Shown: piece after piece, positions 8,884 through 19,514 of the stretch
Layout: every line of letters starts with the position of its first letter
Position numbering within the stretch: the first letter of the stretch is position 1
Assembly (NCBI GenBank): GCA_030059665.1
Contig: JANVYR010000002.1
Location: forward strand, 257,441-321,440
Length of the DNA stretch: 64,000 nt
Origin: Candidatus Calditenuis fumarioli
Lineage (GTDB): Archaea; Thermoproteota; Nitrososphaeria_A; Caldarchaeales; Calditenuaceae
Direction of reading: 5' to 3'
The notes under the pieces: generated by a model
Seen by the model: only the letters and a program-made list of their open reading frames with translations
Databases searched by the model: none
Told to the model about the DNA's origin: nothing
Translations under genes and position numbers: made by a program

Positions 8884-9543
8884 TCAGATTAGCTGCAACA
8901 TCCCCTTGAGCGTCACCGATACCCTGAGCCTCCGCTCGGCGAGCTCAAGCCTCACGAGGTTCATGTGCTCGAGCCTTCTGACGATCTTCCACGCGGTGGT
9001 TTTGGGAATACCGAGCCGTCTCACCACCTCACCGAGCTCGACTTCCTCTCCCCCTAGATCGACGATCTCCCTCAGCACCGACATCTCCCTTCTGGGCAAT
9101 GTCACCCGATCGATGTCGCCAGCGCTGAAGGCGAAGTAAGCGTCGCGGTACTCGAGGTCGACCTCCACCTGGACCTGACCGCTGACGTCCTGGGGCAAAA
9201 GGAGTGCCGCGAGCAGGGCCTCGATCACGAGCCCCCTCATCCCGCCGCCCAGAACGAGAACCACAGCACCGTGGTTCCCTACCGCGGAAATGAGCACGGA
9301 CTTGATCGCCCTCATCGCGTCCACGAATCTGGTGGGATCCACCCTATGGACTACGGGCTCTATCCCGACGAACTTCGCCAGGAACTGCCTTAGGCTCGAG
9401 AGCGCCGCCTCCCCCCTCTCGTCCCTGGTCCCGGTCTCAGGCATGATTGCGGCAACGCCTGACAACCCCTCAGCGTAGTGTCTCAGCACCGACCTCAGGA
9501 CCGGACGTTCTTCGAACCCCAACGTCGCCACGATGTACACCAT
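8884..9543 (-). CDS. csa3: CRISPR-associated regulator Csa3 (CARF + wHTH)
   Basis: MVYIVATLGFEERPVLRSV N-terminus typical of Csa3 CARF domain, C-terminal wHTH (LGIPKTTAWKIVRRLE); divergent from cas operon. Confidence 0.7.
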   Translation of the reverse strand: MVYIVATLGFEERPVLRSVLRHYAEGLSGVAAIMPETGTRDERGEAALSSLRQFLAKFVGIEPVVHRVDPTRFVDAMRAIKSVLISAVGNHGAVVLVLGGGMRGLVIEALLAALLLPQDVSGQVQVEVDLEYRDAYFAFSAGDIDRVTLPRREMSVLREIVDLGGEEVELGEVVRRLGIPKTTAWKIVRRLEHMNLVRLELAERRLRVSVTLKGMLQLI

Positions 9544-9640
9544 CCTTGTTCCCATCCTAGGCAACAATATTTAAACCAGGAGAGAAGCGACGATACAAAC
9601 TTCACGAAACTTTATTAACTGCTTTTGTTTTCTACGTTCC

Positions 9641-10105
9641 ATGGGCATGGAGTCAGTCTCAGGGATTGTGAATCTTCTGAGGTTCTTCGTCGAGAGCGAG
9701 AGGTACAGCGTGGTCGACAAGTTCGCGAACGCGCTCTCCCCAGAAACCGTGTCGCAAGCCCTGTACGAGGCTCTGAGGATCGCTCGGACGCTCGAGAAGC
9801 AGGAGGTGGTTGTGACCATCAAGGACGAAAGGACCGGAAAGACGTACACCATCCCCTGCTGGGAGATCGGGAGGGTAAGCGCCCCCGGCAGGTATCCTGG
9901 CATGGTGGGCAAACTCGTAGAGGTACTAAAGGGAGATGTGAGGATCGAGCCCGGCGCCACCGTTTACTGCGTACGGAGGGGCGAGATACCCAGTGAGGAC
10001 GAGGTGAACAGGCTCCTCTCACACGAGGATCCCGTTAAGCTAGCGAAGCTGATCGCCATTCAGGCCTATGCCGAGACCAGCAGGAGGAGGGGTGAGGGCG
10101 AATGA
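9641..10105 (+). CDS. csa5: Type I-A small subunit Csa5 (putative)
   Basis: 154-aa helical protein immediately upstream of cas7 with 4-nt overlap, the canonical csa5 position. Confidence 0.55.
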   Translation: MGMESVSGIVNLLRFFVESERYSVVDKFANALSPETVSQALYEALRIARTLEKQEVVVTIKDERTGKTYTIPCWEIGRVSAPGRYPGMVGKLVEVLKGDVRIEPGATVYCVRRGEIPSEDEVNRLLSHEDPVKLAKLIAIQAYAETSRRRGEGE

Positions 10106-11151
10106 CGGCTTACGTCAGCCTATCCGCTAGGGTCCTGGTCAACGTCGAGGCGCTCAATATGGCTGAGAGCGTCGGCAACTACATAAAACACAGGAGGGTC
10201 CCGGTCGTCGTCGAGGAGGACGGCTCGACGGTCGTGAAGTACGTCCCAGCGGTGAGCGGCGAGTCTGTAGGTCACGGATACCAGGCGATCCTTGGCCAGC
10301 TTGCGAGGCAGGCAGGCCTACCTGTCTGCGATAACTGCTACAAGGAGGTCTTCACGAAGCACGCCTCAAAGGAGATGTTCGGTACCTCAGACTGGGAGCG
10401 GAAGCTCAAGGAGCTCATCGGGAAGAAGGACGGGTTCAGCCCGACGCAATTCGAGGCGGAGGTGATTAGGAACTGCGTCGTTGAGGACTTGGGAGGCTTC
10501 CTTTACGCTGAGGAGCCTTTCCAGGTCAAGAGGTCGTCCCTCTTCTCAACAGGGTACCTCATACCAGCAGCGGACGCGCTGAGGTCGGTTGCAGTGGAAC
10601 CCCAGTTCCACGTGAGGTACTCGCCGGCCAGACCAGAGGAAGGACAGGCCATCTACTACGTAGAGATCGGATCCGCCGTCTACACTTTGAGCTTCGTCAT
10701 AGACGTTGCCAGGATCGGATGGACCAAGCTTGCAGAGGTCAAGGACGTGATAGGCGAGGCAGAGCGAAAGAAACGCGTTGAGGTAGCATTGAAGTCGCTC
10801 GCTGCGATGATCGTGGGTCCTCTCTTCGGAGCTAAGCGTACCAGATTCCTACCGAGCTGGGAAGTCAGGAGCATCGTCGCGGCCCTATCTGGGCCGATGC
10901 CCTTCATCACATCGCCCGGCCACACCAAGGCTTACCTCTCATCGACCGCGTTGAGGGCAAAGGAGTTCGTCAAGGCGATGAATCACGGCAACACGGACCT
11001 GAAGCAACAGGTGACGATATACTACTACAACGGCGAGGGGCTCACGACACCCTCAGAGGACGTCTCGCCAGCCGTCCTGAAGCCAGGTTTCGCGAGCCCA
11101 GAAGAGCTGTTCGCAACGCTCATCACCGACGTGGTGGGCGTCAGTGGTTAA
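10102..11151 (+). CDS. cas7: Cas7 (Csa2) type I-A backbone subunit
   Basis: YVSLSARVLVNVEALNMAESVGNYIKHRR hallmark N-terminus. Confidence 0.9.
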   Translation: MTAYVSLSARVLVNVEALNMAESVGNYIKHRRVPVVVEEDGSTVVKYVPAVSGESVGHGYQAILGQLARQAGLPVCDNCYKEVFTKHASKEMFGTSDWERKLKELIGKKDGFSPTQFEAEVIRNCVVEDLGGFLYAEEPFQVKRSSLFSTGYLIPAADALRSVAVEPQFHVRYSPARPEEGQAIYYVEIGSAVYTLSFVIDVARIGWTKLAEVKDVIGEAERKKRVEVALKSLAAMIVGPLFGAKRTRFLPSWEVRSIVAALSGPMPFITSPGHTKAYLSSTALRAKEFVKAMNHGNTDLKQQVTIYYYNGEGLTTPSEDVSPAVLKPGFASPEELFATLITDVVGVSG

Positions 11152-11965
11152 GGTCCTTCACGTGAAGGCTACAGCACCTTGGGGATGGTCCATTAAGGCT
11201 CCAGGACAGTCCGCTGCGCAGACACCGATCCCTGTACCTCCCCCGAGCACTCTGTTGGGGGCCCTCGCCTACCCGTACTTCACCTCCAAGGGATGGCCGG
11301 AGCTGATTTTCGAGGATGGGGCGTACTACAGCCCGGCCTATAAGCTGCTGGAGCAGGTTAGCTATGCAGCGTTCGGGATATCGACGTCCGTTGCGACCGT
11401 CCATCAGGACCTGACCAAGAACGTCATTGCCCCTTACCTTCGGCAACCTCATCGGAAGATCAGTTCTAACTGGTTCGGGGCGCAGGCAATGGGCAAAACC
11501 ATTAACCCTAACGGCAGAATAGAGATAGCGTATGTTTTGAGACCTGGAGCTGATGAAGCTGGCCTGTTAAAGGCAGCTTGGTCGATAACTAGGCTAGGAT
11601 CGAAAGAGGGAATTATAGCTGTGGAGGACGCATCGATTCAGGAAGTTGTCCCCGCAGAAATGAGGTTAGCGACCACGTCTTTCTACGCACCCTATTCCTG
11701 TGTTGAAGTTATTGAACCTGGTGGTGAAATAATCGAGTTCTGGGATTACAGGGATCCAAGGGCCTACATTTACGGCAACACAGAGAGGCGCAGGGGGAGG
11801 GGTGCGAAGCGCGAAGAAGAACGCATACCCTCAAGCACCATGAAGTTCGTCGTCCCAATGGAGAAAGGGCCATATGGCGGAAAGATGAGCGTTAGGGTAA
11901 AGGAGGAGGGGGTAATACTCAAACTCAGAGAGACGAGCTTGATTGTTCCTCGTGATATGTTATGA
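11144..11965 (+). CDS. cas5: Cas5a
   Basis: IPVPPPSTLLGALAYPYF Cas5 signature; GTG start. Confidence 0.85.
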   Translation: MVKVLHVKATAPWGWSIKAPGQSAAQTPIPVPPPSTLLGALAYPYFTSKGWPELIFEDGAYYSPAYKLLEQVSYAAFGISTSVATVHQDLTKNVIAPYLRQPHRKISSNWFGAQAMGKTINPNGRIEIAYVLRPGADEAGLLKAAWSITRLGSKEGIIAVEDASIQEVVPAEMRLATTSFYAPYSCVEVIEPGGEIIEFWDYRDPRAYIYGNTERRRGRGAKREEERIPSSTMKFVVPMEKGPYGGKMSVRVKEEGVILKLRETSLIVPRDML

Positions 11966-13050
11966 ACGGATTTACCATATCAATCCCACCACTCTCTACA
12001 TTCGCATACAAGCTAGCCGAGTTAGCAGCGGTTTACCTCGGATTAGATCGCGAGCCGGACCGGTTCGTCGTAACAGACCTCACGGCCTTCAAGGATCGTC
12101 TTAGACAGGTTGTCGAGACTGCCAGGGATATGCGGGTTAGGATCCAATTCACCGGGAACGACAACAGGTATTTTGTCAGCAGCTATTCTGACTGGCTAAG
12201 ATTGAACAAGTATTCTTCACCCCTTGATCTTTTATCCAAATATGCGGAAACTGTGGATACTCTTGTAAATGATAGGAGACTATTCTCCCCGCCGAGCATC
12301 TTAAAGATAAATTTCTATGAATACGAGAGAAGAATGGGCCTGAAGGACTCCAAAGCAGAGCTGCGATTAGACGGTCACCAAATTGCGCTCTGCCTCGCAG
12401 GAGCTCACATCGCCTTAACTAACAGGGTGGGTGATAACATCGCTGTGTTTTTATTGCTTCCTCGCACGCCTTCATTGATCGTCCTGAAGGAGGGCGAGAG
12501 GCTGAGGAGAACCCATGAGCGATTGAGGGAGGCCCTGCGGCATGTCATCCGGGGAAAGGAGATTCCACCTACGAGCGTTATGCTGCTCTACCTCTCAGCC
12601 TCGCTAATCTTGAAGGGTGATGTACACGACGATGGCGTCTTCGGGTCGATGGCGCTGGTACAGGAGAGTGGTAATAGAGCTTCGATATTATCCGTCGACG
12701 ACATCACTACTCATGGTTTGGTGCGGCTGCTTAGGGATAATGAGCGCCGTGCTGCAAGCGCCTGTCTGACCCTTATCGACGCTTACTTAGACGTCAGAAG
12801 CAGGAATATGGGAAGCGATTTCGTTAGGCTAATAGAGGGATCGAGCAGTAACCTCCTCGTCTATTCGATCTCGGGCTCGCTCGATGCCCTCTACAACGCT
12901 GTCTCGGGATTCGATAGGCTCGCGAGACTATTCCGCGACCCCCAGACTGTCAGCAAGCTGCGTATGAAAGCTGAAACCGCATCATGGGTAGCCCGTTCAG
13001 CCGATATCTTGTCGGCTCACCTAGCTGAGACGTACAAGGTCTCCATATGA
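11962..13050 (+). CDS. cas8a: Putative Cas8a' (Csa4-like large subunit)
   Basis: 362-aa ORF between cas5 and cas3' with overlapping stops/starts; no nuclease or helicase motif; assignment by position only. Confidence 0.4.
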   Translation: MNGFTISIPPLSTFAYKLAELAAVYLGLDREPDRFVVTDLTAFKDRLRQVVETARDMRVRIQFTGNDNRYFVSSYSDWLRLNKYSSPLDLLSKYAETVDTLVNDRRLFSPPSILKINFYEYERRMGLKDSKAELRLDGHQIALCLAGAHIALTNRVGDNIAVFLLLPRTPSLIVLKEGERLRRTHERLREALRHVIRGKEIPPTSVMLLYLSASLILKGDVHDDGVFGSMALVQESGNRASILSVDDITTHGLVRLLRDNERRAASACLTLIDAYLDVRSRNMGSDFVRLIEGSSSNLLVYSISGSLDALYNAVSGFDRLARLFRDPQTVSKLRMKAETASWVARSADILSAHLAETYKVSI

Positions 13051-14876
13051 GGCACCTCTTGCAGGTTGCGGTCTCGTTCTTCGAGAAGGAGATATCTGCG
13101 GGAAGGGTGCCCCTTGTGGTAGTTGACGCGCCGACGGGTTACGGCAAGACGAGTGCCGCTCCCAAGTTCTTTGAGGCCTCCATGGATCAGCTCTCCACAC
13201 GTCTTATTCACGTCCTCCCCATGAGGAGCCTAGTAAAGAGGGCGGTAAGCTACGCCGGGAAGCAAGGGCTTTTCCGCAGCCTGGGAATAGTGGATGAACA
13301 ACTCGGCTACCAAGCCTCAATTGAGCTCGGAGAGCTGAAGAGCCCACAATTCCTGAGCATGGTAATCTACTCGACCTTCGACAGCTTCGTCTACAATCTC
13401 TTCAAGCTGAACGTCGCCGAATCCATTTGGAAGGACTCAATTCATTACGAGGTACCGCGGGGGATGATATTCACAGCTACTGTTGGGCTCGATGAGGTCC
13501 ATCTCTATGGAGGCGACCCTGGAGCTCCCCAACCGAAGGGCTTCGATGCCCTCATTGCCTCAATTGCAGCCCTCGCGAAGGCACTCGTTCCAACTTACGT
13601 CTTGAGCGCGACGATGCCTCGCATGCTTATCGAAGAAATCAAGCGACGTATCGACGGGATATTCAGCTTGAAAGGAAGACTTTCGATTGGGGTCTTCGTC
13701 TTCGACGCTTATGCAAGAGATTTGGGCAATAACTTCATCCTTGACGAGGAATACTTGTCACAAGCTCTTAACACTCTGTGGAGAACCAGTCTCGTAGGAG
13801 ATGAGGAGGAGTTCGGGAGAATGATGCTAGAGGAGGTAGGGCGTTCAGACGAGAGGCGGAAAATGCTCGTCGTGCGGAACACGCCAGAGAAGGCCGCCGA
13901 AACGTACAACCTCCTCGTACAAAGAGCTGGACTTACACCGGGAAGGGACATAGTGTTGCTGCATGGGAGGATGTGCCAAGAGGATAGAGAAAAGGCGGAG
14001 GAGGTATTGGACAGATTGGACAGCGCTAGGGTCGTAGTTGCTACACAGGTCATAGAGGCAGGTGTAACGATCAGCGGGGCCTCTATATTATTCACTGATG
14101 CAGCGGCGCCCACCTCCCTTGCTCAGAGGGCAGGGAGACTAGCGAGGAATGGTGAGACGGAGGCAGACGTGGTCGTCCTTCAAGGGGACGGTGACGGCGT
14201 CTATGAGGAGAAGCTGGTAAGGAGGACATGTGAGCTTATTCGTGCGGTCACAGACGGAGGAAGGGGAATAGATTGGAGGGTGCCAACGGTCGGGCAGAGG
14301 GCGCTCCCAAACGGACTGACAAGTTACAAAACAATCATTGAAGAAGCCTATGCTGGCGAGGAGGTGCAATCGGAAGGACGGCTTCAAACTCATCTGGAAA
14401 TCCTTGATGAGGAAATACATCTAGGCGCGAGGGATGCGAAGATCGTTGAATCTCATTTCTGCGGTCTCGTAAGGGAATCGCTCTTGGTCCCCGTGTACGT
14501 CGGGCCGCTGGACGGCAACTCAGCTCCTGAAGACAAGGAGATCGAGCGATGGCTTGTTACCTGCAGCCTCGGTTGGCTCGCCAAAAGGTTTGATCGGATC
14601 ATCGAGAAAGGAGAGGATGGGTTCAAAGCCATTTTATCGATCAGACGCAAAGGGGAGACCTACAAAGCTGTGGGTCACGTAAAACTCGACGACTTCCTTT
14701 CAGCACGAGAGCAGGACTTCTGCGCGTTTTTCACCGAGCACATTAGGAGGCTTAAGCCGCTCGTCTCGCTGAAGGGAACGACAGGGGTGCCGCAGGACGC
14801 AAGTGTCTCCCTCGTCGCGTTCGTCTGCAGGGAAGGCGTTTACCTGAGGGGGCTGGGTCTCCTTGACCCGATATAG
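13047..14876 (+). CDS. cas3: Cas3' helicase (SF2)
   Basis: VVDAPTGYGKT Walker A, DEVH box, 609 aa. Confidence 0.9.
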   Translation: MRHLLQVAVSFFEKEISAGRVPLVVVDAPTGYGKTSAAPKFFEASMDQLSTRLIHVLPMRSLVKRAVSYAGKQGLFRSLGIVDEQLGYQASIELGELKSPQFLSMVIYSTFDSFVYNLFKLNVAESIWKDSIHYEVPRGMIFTATVGLDEVHLYGGDPGAPQPKGFDALIASIAALAKALVPTYVLSATMPRMLIEEIKRRIDGIFSLKGRLSIGVFVFDAYARDLGNNFILDEEYLSQALNTLWRTSLVGDEEEFGRMMLEEVGRSDERRKMLVVRNTPEKAAETYNLLVQRAGLTPGRDIVLLHGRMCQEDREKAEEVLDRLDSARVVVATQVIEAGVTISGASILFTDAAAPTSLAQRAGRLARNGETEADVVVLQGDGDGVYEEKLVRRTCELIRAVTDGGRGIDWRVPTVGQRALPNGLTSYKTIIEEAYAGEEVQSEGRLQTHLEILDEEIHLGARDAKIVESHFCGLVRESLLVPVYVGPLDGNSAPEDKEIERWLVTCSLGWLAKRFDRIIEKGEDGFKAILSIRRKGETYKAVGHVKLDDFLSAREQDFCAFFTEHIRRLKPLVSLKGTTGVPQDASVSLVAFVCREGVYLRGLGLLDPI

Positions 14877-15729
14877 AGTATATGCTTGGCACTCGGTCCT
14901 GCTATCCAAACACCTCCTGAACGTTTACAGGGTCTTTCGCTACCTCTTCGATCCTGAAACGCGGGTGATCGCCCGCAAGATCGCTCTCCTAAAAGCCATG
15001 AACCCTACTCCGGAATTAGAGGAGGAACTCGAAAAGGTCATTCACGTGGCAGTAATCCTTCACGACTCGGGTAAGGGTCTGGAGAAGTACCAAGAAAGGG
15101 TGAGGAACTGCATCTCTAAGGTGGGAGAACGTATCACGGATGATACGCGATGCTTCTGCAGCTTCAGATGGCACGAGACAGTTTCCGCCCAAATTTACGC
15201 GTCATATGTCCAGTACTACTTGTTGAAAAAGCTTGCAGGAGACCCGACACCCGCACACATATTTGCAGCGGTCGTGGGGCTCTTCTCGATCCTCCACCAT
15301 CACCATGCCATGCGGTTGATCTATCAAGGTCGTTGGAGGGAAGAGGTTAACGGTTGCGGGCTAGCGGATGGAGCGGTCGACGAGATATCTTTAGCGCTCA
15401 GAGGAGCAGGGTTCCCGCCGCTTCACGAGGTCATTCCGAACTTGGACTTGGACAACGTGAGGATGGCTGGTTCTACGGCCGCAAACCAGCTGCCCCGAAT
15501 CATCGAAGGTAAAGGGAAAGGGGTGGGTTTGCTGGTCGAAGAGGTGAATCGCAGCAGAAGCTCGCTCAAGTTCCACGAAATGGTCACTTCGCGGCTCGTG
15601 ATAGCAGACATAATCGCATCGAGTCTCGAGAGGAGAGGGGAGTTGAAGGGTTATGCCGCCGAGCTGGCCCGCGAGCTGAGGCTCAGTATAGACGATCTTA
15701 GGGCACTTGTGGAGGGTGCGAGAGAATGA
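14863..15729 (+). CDS. cas3HD: Cas3'' HD nuclease
   Basis: ILHDSGK HD motif, HHHH cluster, 288 aa, overlaps cas3' end. Confidence 0.8.
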   Translation: MTRYRVYAWHSVLLSKHLLNVYRVFRYLFDPETRVIARKIALLKAMNPTPELEEELEKVIHVAVILHDSGKGLEKYQERVRNCISKVGERITDDTRCFCSFRWHETVSAQIYASYVQYYLLKKLAGDPTPAHIFAAVVGLFSILHHHHAMRLIYQGRWREEVNGCGLADGAVDEISLALRGAGFPPLHEVIPNLDLDNVRMAGSTAANQLPRIIEGKGKGVGLLVEEVNRSRSSLKFHEMVTSRLVIADIIASSLERRGELKGYAAELARELRLSIDDLRALVEGARE

Positions 15730-16631
15730 TCTTCGAGCTCCAGGCGAGGATTCTAGTTGACAGGCCGATAAGGTTCCAGAGCTTCTCGGGCTTCGCTGTA
15801 AGAGGCGTCTTCTACGAGCTCCTCAACAAGGTAGACGTTAATTACTCTGACCTTCTCCACATGGGTAAGAGCCTGGCACCGTTTGCGGTGAAACCCCTCT
15901 CCTTCGACATGGCGGCAACGCGCTACGTCTTCAGGCACATATTTCCCCACTCGAACGTCTGGCTGAGGATCCTGACCTTTGACAGAAGGGTGTTCGAGGC
16001 CTGGAGGAAAATACTGACGGAGGGAATGCTCGAGAGGGTCAGGCTGGTGGGGCACGAGTTCACGGTGGTTGAAATCAGGCTGGTCATCCACGACCCGATG
16101 GCGCTTTTCCCCGAGAACACCGCTGAATCCGATGCGGGTTTCAGGGTGAAGTTCGAGACGCCCACGTTCTTCAGGATGTCGTCGAGCACCATTACATCAC
16201 AGGTCCCGAAGATATCAAAGGTATCGATCAGGAATCTCAAACCAGCATACCGCTACGTTCCTCTCCCCCTACCGAGCCTCATGTTCAGAAGCCTCGCGCG
16301 GCTCTGGACCACTTTCGTAGATCCCACGTTCAATTACCGTGAGTTCCTCGAATGGGTCGATGCAGGGGGAATCGCGATCTCCGGTTTCCCTAGCGGGATC
16401 TACACCCAAAGGCTCTACGAGCATCCCACGCTCAACAAGTGGGTGGTCGGATTCACGGGCACCGTTTACTACTCCATTCCGGAGGACCTCCGCCAAAAGC
16501 GGATGGTGAGGACGGCAATGGGGCTGCTCAAATTCGGTGAGCTCTCGAACGTCGGAGGGGGTCGAACAGCTGGCTTCGGTTCCATGAAGTTGATTCAAAA
16601 TCAGCGGGTGAAGGGAAGGTGTTCTTCCTGA
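15726..16631 (+). CDS. cas6: Cas6 (type I-A)
   Basis: C-terminal glycine-rich loop FGELSNVGGGRTAGFGSM. Confidence 0.85.
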   Translation: MIFELQARILVDRPIRFQSFSGFAVRGVFYELLNKVDVNYSDLLHMGKSLAPFAVKPLSFDMAATRYVFRHIFPHSNVWLRILTFDRRVFEAWRKILTEGMLERVRLVGHEFTVVEIRLVIHDPMALFPENTAESDAGFRVKFETPTFFRMSSSTITSQVPKISKVSIRNLKPAYRYVPLPLPSLMFRSLARLWTTFVDPTFNYREFLEWVDAGGIAISGFPSGIYTQRLYEHPTLNKWVVGFTGTVYYSIPEDLRQKRMVRTAMGLLKFGELSNVGGGRTAGFGSMKLIQNQRVKGRCSS

Positions 16632-17560
16632 GGAGAGAGGAGTTCGAACGACGGATCCGCATCCTACGTGACCAGGGAGACGCGTCCGCGATCAGCCCTG
16701 AGCTGAGGGGATGGAACAACTCCAGGCCACCTGTGAAGCCCATAGGTCGTCATCTCCTGTCGGTCAGCGAGCTGGCATCAAGGTACTGCCCGACGATGAG
16801 GGACATTTACCTCCGTAGGGTTGCAAGGATTCAACCACCACCTAACTTCAAGACGTTTAGGGGCCTGGTATACCACTTCATCATAAACCAGCTGACTGTA
16901 AGGTCAAAGAGGCACATATTCGAGAGGGGTAAGATCGCTGGACCGGAGCTCTTCGAACTCCTCCTCGAGGAGGAGCCTGTAGCCGTCGAGTCGGCGGTTC
17001 GCGATGCATACGCGAGAGTCCAAATCTCCGAGGACGAGGCGCGATCGTTGACACCTCTCGCCTCAAAATTATACCGCTTCCTGGCACTCCAGGTAGCCGC
17101 TAGCGTGGACCTGACCCACAGCAGGTTTCCGCACGCTGATGTAGACTCGCTGGTTAACGAATCGATCCCTGCGGTAAGCGAGATGAAGGTGGACGGGTCG
17201 CTGGTTGGGTTAAGCAGAGAGCTCTCGGTCGACATCTACACCCCATACAACACAGTTATCGACGTGAAGACCGGCGACGTCAGGTCATTTCACAGGTACG
17301 TTGGTGCCGGATACGCGCTCGCGATCGAGTCTGATAAGGGAGTTGAGGTGAACTTCGGCATCACGCTGTATATCTCGGTTCAACCGTCCGCACCCGCACC
17401 TGAAGTCAAGGCGGATTACTACGTGATTGGCGACGAGCTGAGGCGCGAGTTCCTTGAGCTCAGGGACGAGGCGCAGTTGCTCATAGAGAGGGGCAAAGAC
17501 CCTGGTATGCCCGTTAGATGCCCGGAGTTCTGCCCGTACTACACCATCTGTAACGGGTGA
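16619..17560 (+). CDS. csa1: Csa1 (Cas4-like RecB nuclease, type I-A associated)
   Basis: DVKTGD nuclease motif and C-terminal CPEFCPYYTIC cysteine cluster, 313 aa. Confidence 0.7.
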   Translation: MFFLRREEFERRIRILRDQGDASAISPELRGWNNSRPPVKPIGRHLLSVSELASRYCPTMRDIYLRRVARIQPPPNFKTFRGLVYHFIINQLTVRSKRHIFERGKIAGPELFELLLEEEPVAVESAVRDAYARVQISEDEARSLTPLASKLYRFLALQVAASVDLTHSRFPHADVDSLVNESIPAVSEMKVDGSLVGLSRELSVDIYTPYNTVIDVKTGDVRSFHRYVGAGYALAIESDKGVEVNFGITLYISVQPSAPAPEVKADYYVIGDELRREFLELRDEAQLLIERGKDPGMPVRCPEFCPYYTICNG

Positions 17561-17561
17561 C

Positions 17562-18575
17562 ATGAGGAAGCTGGTCATATCGGATCCAGGGTTCTTCCTC
17601 GGCGTGAAGGAGGAGCGGATAGTAGTCAAAAGGGGTCGTGAAGTGGTCGCAGAGGTCCCTGCGGCCCAGATAAGCCACGTCTTCGTCTCTACTAGGGGTG
17701 CAGCCCTTTCGAGCGCAGCCCTGTCCCTCCTACTGCGGCACGGAGCGCAGCTCGTGCTTCTGGACAGCAGGGGAAGGCCGCTGGGAAGGCTGCTGCCCCT
17801 GGTGAGGAGAGGCCTCAGGGCAGTGGAGGCGCAAATAGCGGCGCTTAACGACGAGAGGGGAGTCGTTCTCGCGAAGGCATTTGCGTCCTCGAAGGCATTG
17901 AACCAGGCAGCTCTGCTGAGGTCCGCCGCGCATAACAGGATGGAGTCAAACCCGCAGCTGGCACGCAAGCTCCTCGAGGCCTCGGCCGAGATCAAGGGCT
18001 ATGCGGGGTCAATAGTCAGGGTAGAAGGGAAGCTTGAGGAGGTAAGGCCCGAGATCGTAAGGATGGAGGCTGCGGCTGCGGAGGTCTACTGGAGGGCGGT
18101 CGCAGACCTCCTGAGGGGAGTGGTCGATTTTCCGGGAAGGCGGAAGCGGTTTGACGAGCCCACCGATCCAGTCAACCTGCTACTGAATTACGGGTACGGT
18201 ATACTCTCATCGATCTGTTTCCTCGCGATCGAGCTCTCCTCGCTCGACCCCTATAGGGGATTCCTCCACGTCAATTCCCCGAGGAGGCCAGCGCTGGTGA
18301 TGGACCTGATGGAGGAGTTCAGGCAGACCGTCGTCGACAGGGCAGTATTCAGACTTCTCAGGGAGATCGACCCCAAATCCGTGGTTGGTGCTGAGGGCCT
18401 CTCCAGGGAGGCCAGAAAGCTTCTAGCGCTGAGGGTTCTCGAGAGGGTGAAGGAGAGGACCACGTTCCGCGGCCGTTCCCTTCCCATAGAGGCGCACATT
18501 CACCTTCAGGCGCGGAGGATACGTGGCTTCCTCCTCGGACACGAACCCGAGTACAGGGGGTACGTCGAGAAGTGA
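17562..18575 (+). CDS. cas1: Cas1 integrase
   Basis: LLNYGYGIL, DPYRGFLH, ALVMDLMEEFR motifs. Confidence 0.95.
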   Translation: MRKLVISDPGFFLGVKEERIVVKRGREVVAEVPAAQISHVFVSTRGAALSSAALSLLLRHGAQLVLLDSRGRPLGRLLPLVRRGLRAVEAQIAALNDERGVVLAKAFASSKALNQAALLRSAAHNRMESNPQLARKLLEASAEIKGYAGSIVRVEGKLEEVRPEIVRMEAAAAEVYWRAVADLLRGVVDFPGRRKRFDEPTDPVNLLLNYGYGILSSICFLAIELSSLDPYRGFLHVNSPRRPALVMDLMEEFRQTVVDRAVFRLLREIDPKSVVGAEGLSREARKLLALRVLERVKERTTFRGRSLPIEAHIHLQARRIRGFLLGHEPEYRGYVEK

Positions 18576-18850
18576 GGGTCCTTGTGATTTACGACATATC
18601 ATCTGACAGCATCAGGAACGAGGTGAGCGAGACCTGCAAGAACTTCGGGCTCTCCAGGATACAGAGGAGCGCGTTTATGGGAATTTTGCCGCCTGGGAGG
18701 AGGAAGGAGCTCGCGGTTAGGCTCAGGAAGGTCCTGGGCGATAACGAGGGAAACATTCAGATCTTCGTCATCTGCGACGCAGACCTGGCACTTCGCGAGG
18801 TTATCGGGAAAGAGTACACGGAGAGCGGCGGCGAGGTCGTGATAGTTTGA
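18572..18850 (+). CDS. cas2: Cas2
   Basis: MRVLVIYDIS N-terminus, 92 aa, overlaps cas1 stop. Confidence 0.9.
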   Translation: MRVLVIYDISSDSIRNEVSETCKNFGLSRIQRSAFMGILPPGRRKELAVRLRKVLGDNEGNIQIFVICDADLALREVIGKEYTESGGEVVIV

Positions 18851-19437
18851 GCGAGGACGAGGGAGACCTCATACCCGTGGTCCTGGTGAAGCAGTACGTC
18901 TTCTGTCCAAGGATCGTCTACTTCTCAGAGGTCCTCGGATTGAGGGAGAGGGAGACGGATCTGATGCGTGAGGGGGAGGAGATGCAGCAGGTGGAGGACA
19001 GCCGCGATCAGAGGAGGAAATGGCTGCCCGGTAGAGGAATCGAGACTAAGTCGGCCAGGCACGGGAAGCTTTACGTCTCGAGGGAGCTCGGCCTGGTCGG
19101 CGTCGTCGACGTGATCGCGGAGAAGGGCGAGGTGGCTGTAATCGAGAGGAAGGCAGCGAGGAGACCGAGACGGGTGCACAGGAACCACGTCTACCAACTG
19201 GCCGCATACGCCCTGCTCGTAGAGGAGGCAACGGGCAGACCGGTTAGGCGCGGATACGTCCACTATCTGAAGTCAAATGATGTAGTCGAGGTCACCATAA
19301 CCGAGGAGGCTAAGCGGCATGTGCTCTGGATGGTTCAGCAAATCAGGAGGATAATATGGGAGGAGAGGCTTCCACCGTATGTTGAGAAACCTGCGTGTAA
19401 GAGTTGCGGGTACCGCTGGATCTGCAAGCAGATCTGA
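18847..19437 (+). CDS. cas4: Cas4 (RecB-like nuclease with Fe-S cluster)
   Basis: N-terminal YVFCPRIVYF, DVI..K, QLAAYALL, C-terminal CKSCGYRWIC. Confidence 0.9.
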   Translation: MSEDEGDLIPVVLVKQYVFCPRIVYFSEVLGLRERETDLMREGEEMQQVEDSRDQRRKWLPGRGIETKSARHGKLYVSRELGLVGVVDVIAEKGEVAVIERKAARRPRRVHRNHVYQLAAYALLVEEATGRPVRRGYVHYLKSNDVVEVTITEEAKRHVLWMVQQIRRIIWEERLPPYVEKPACKSCGYRWICKQI

Positions 19438-19514
19438 CCATTCAGAATCCATTAAACTTTCTTTGCTGGGTCCTCGGTCTGAACATCACCGCTATTATGG
19501 ACGCATTCGGTTTT

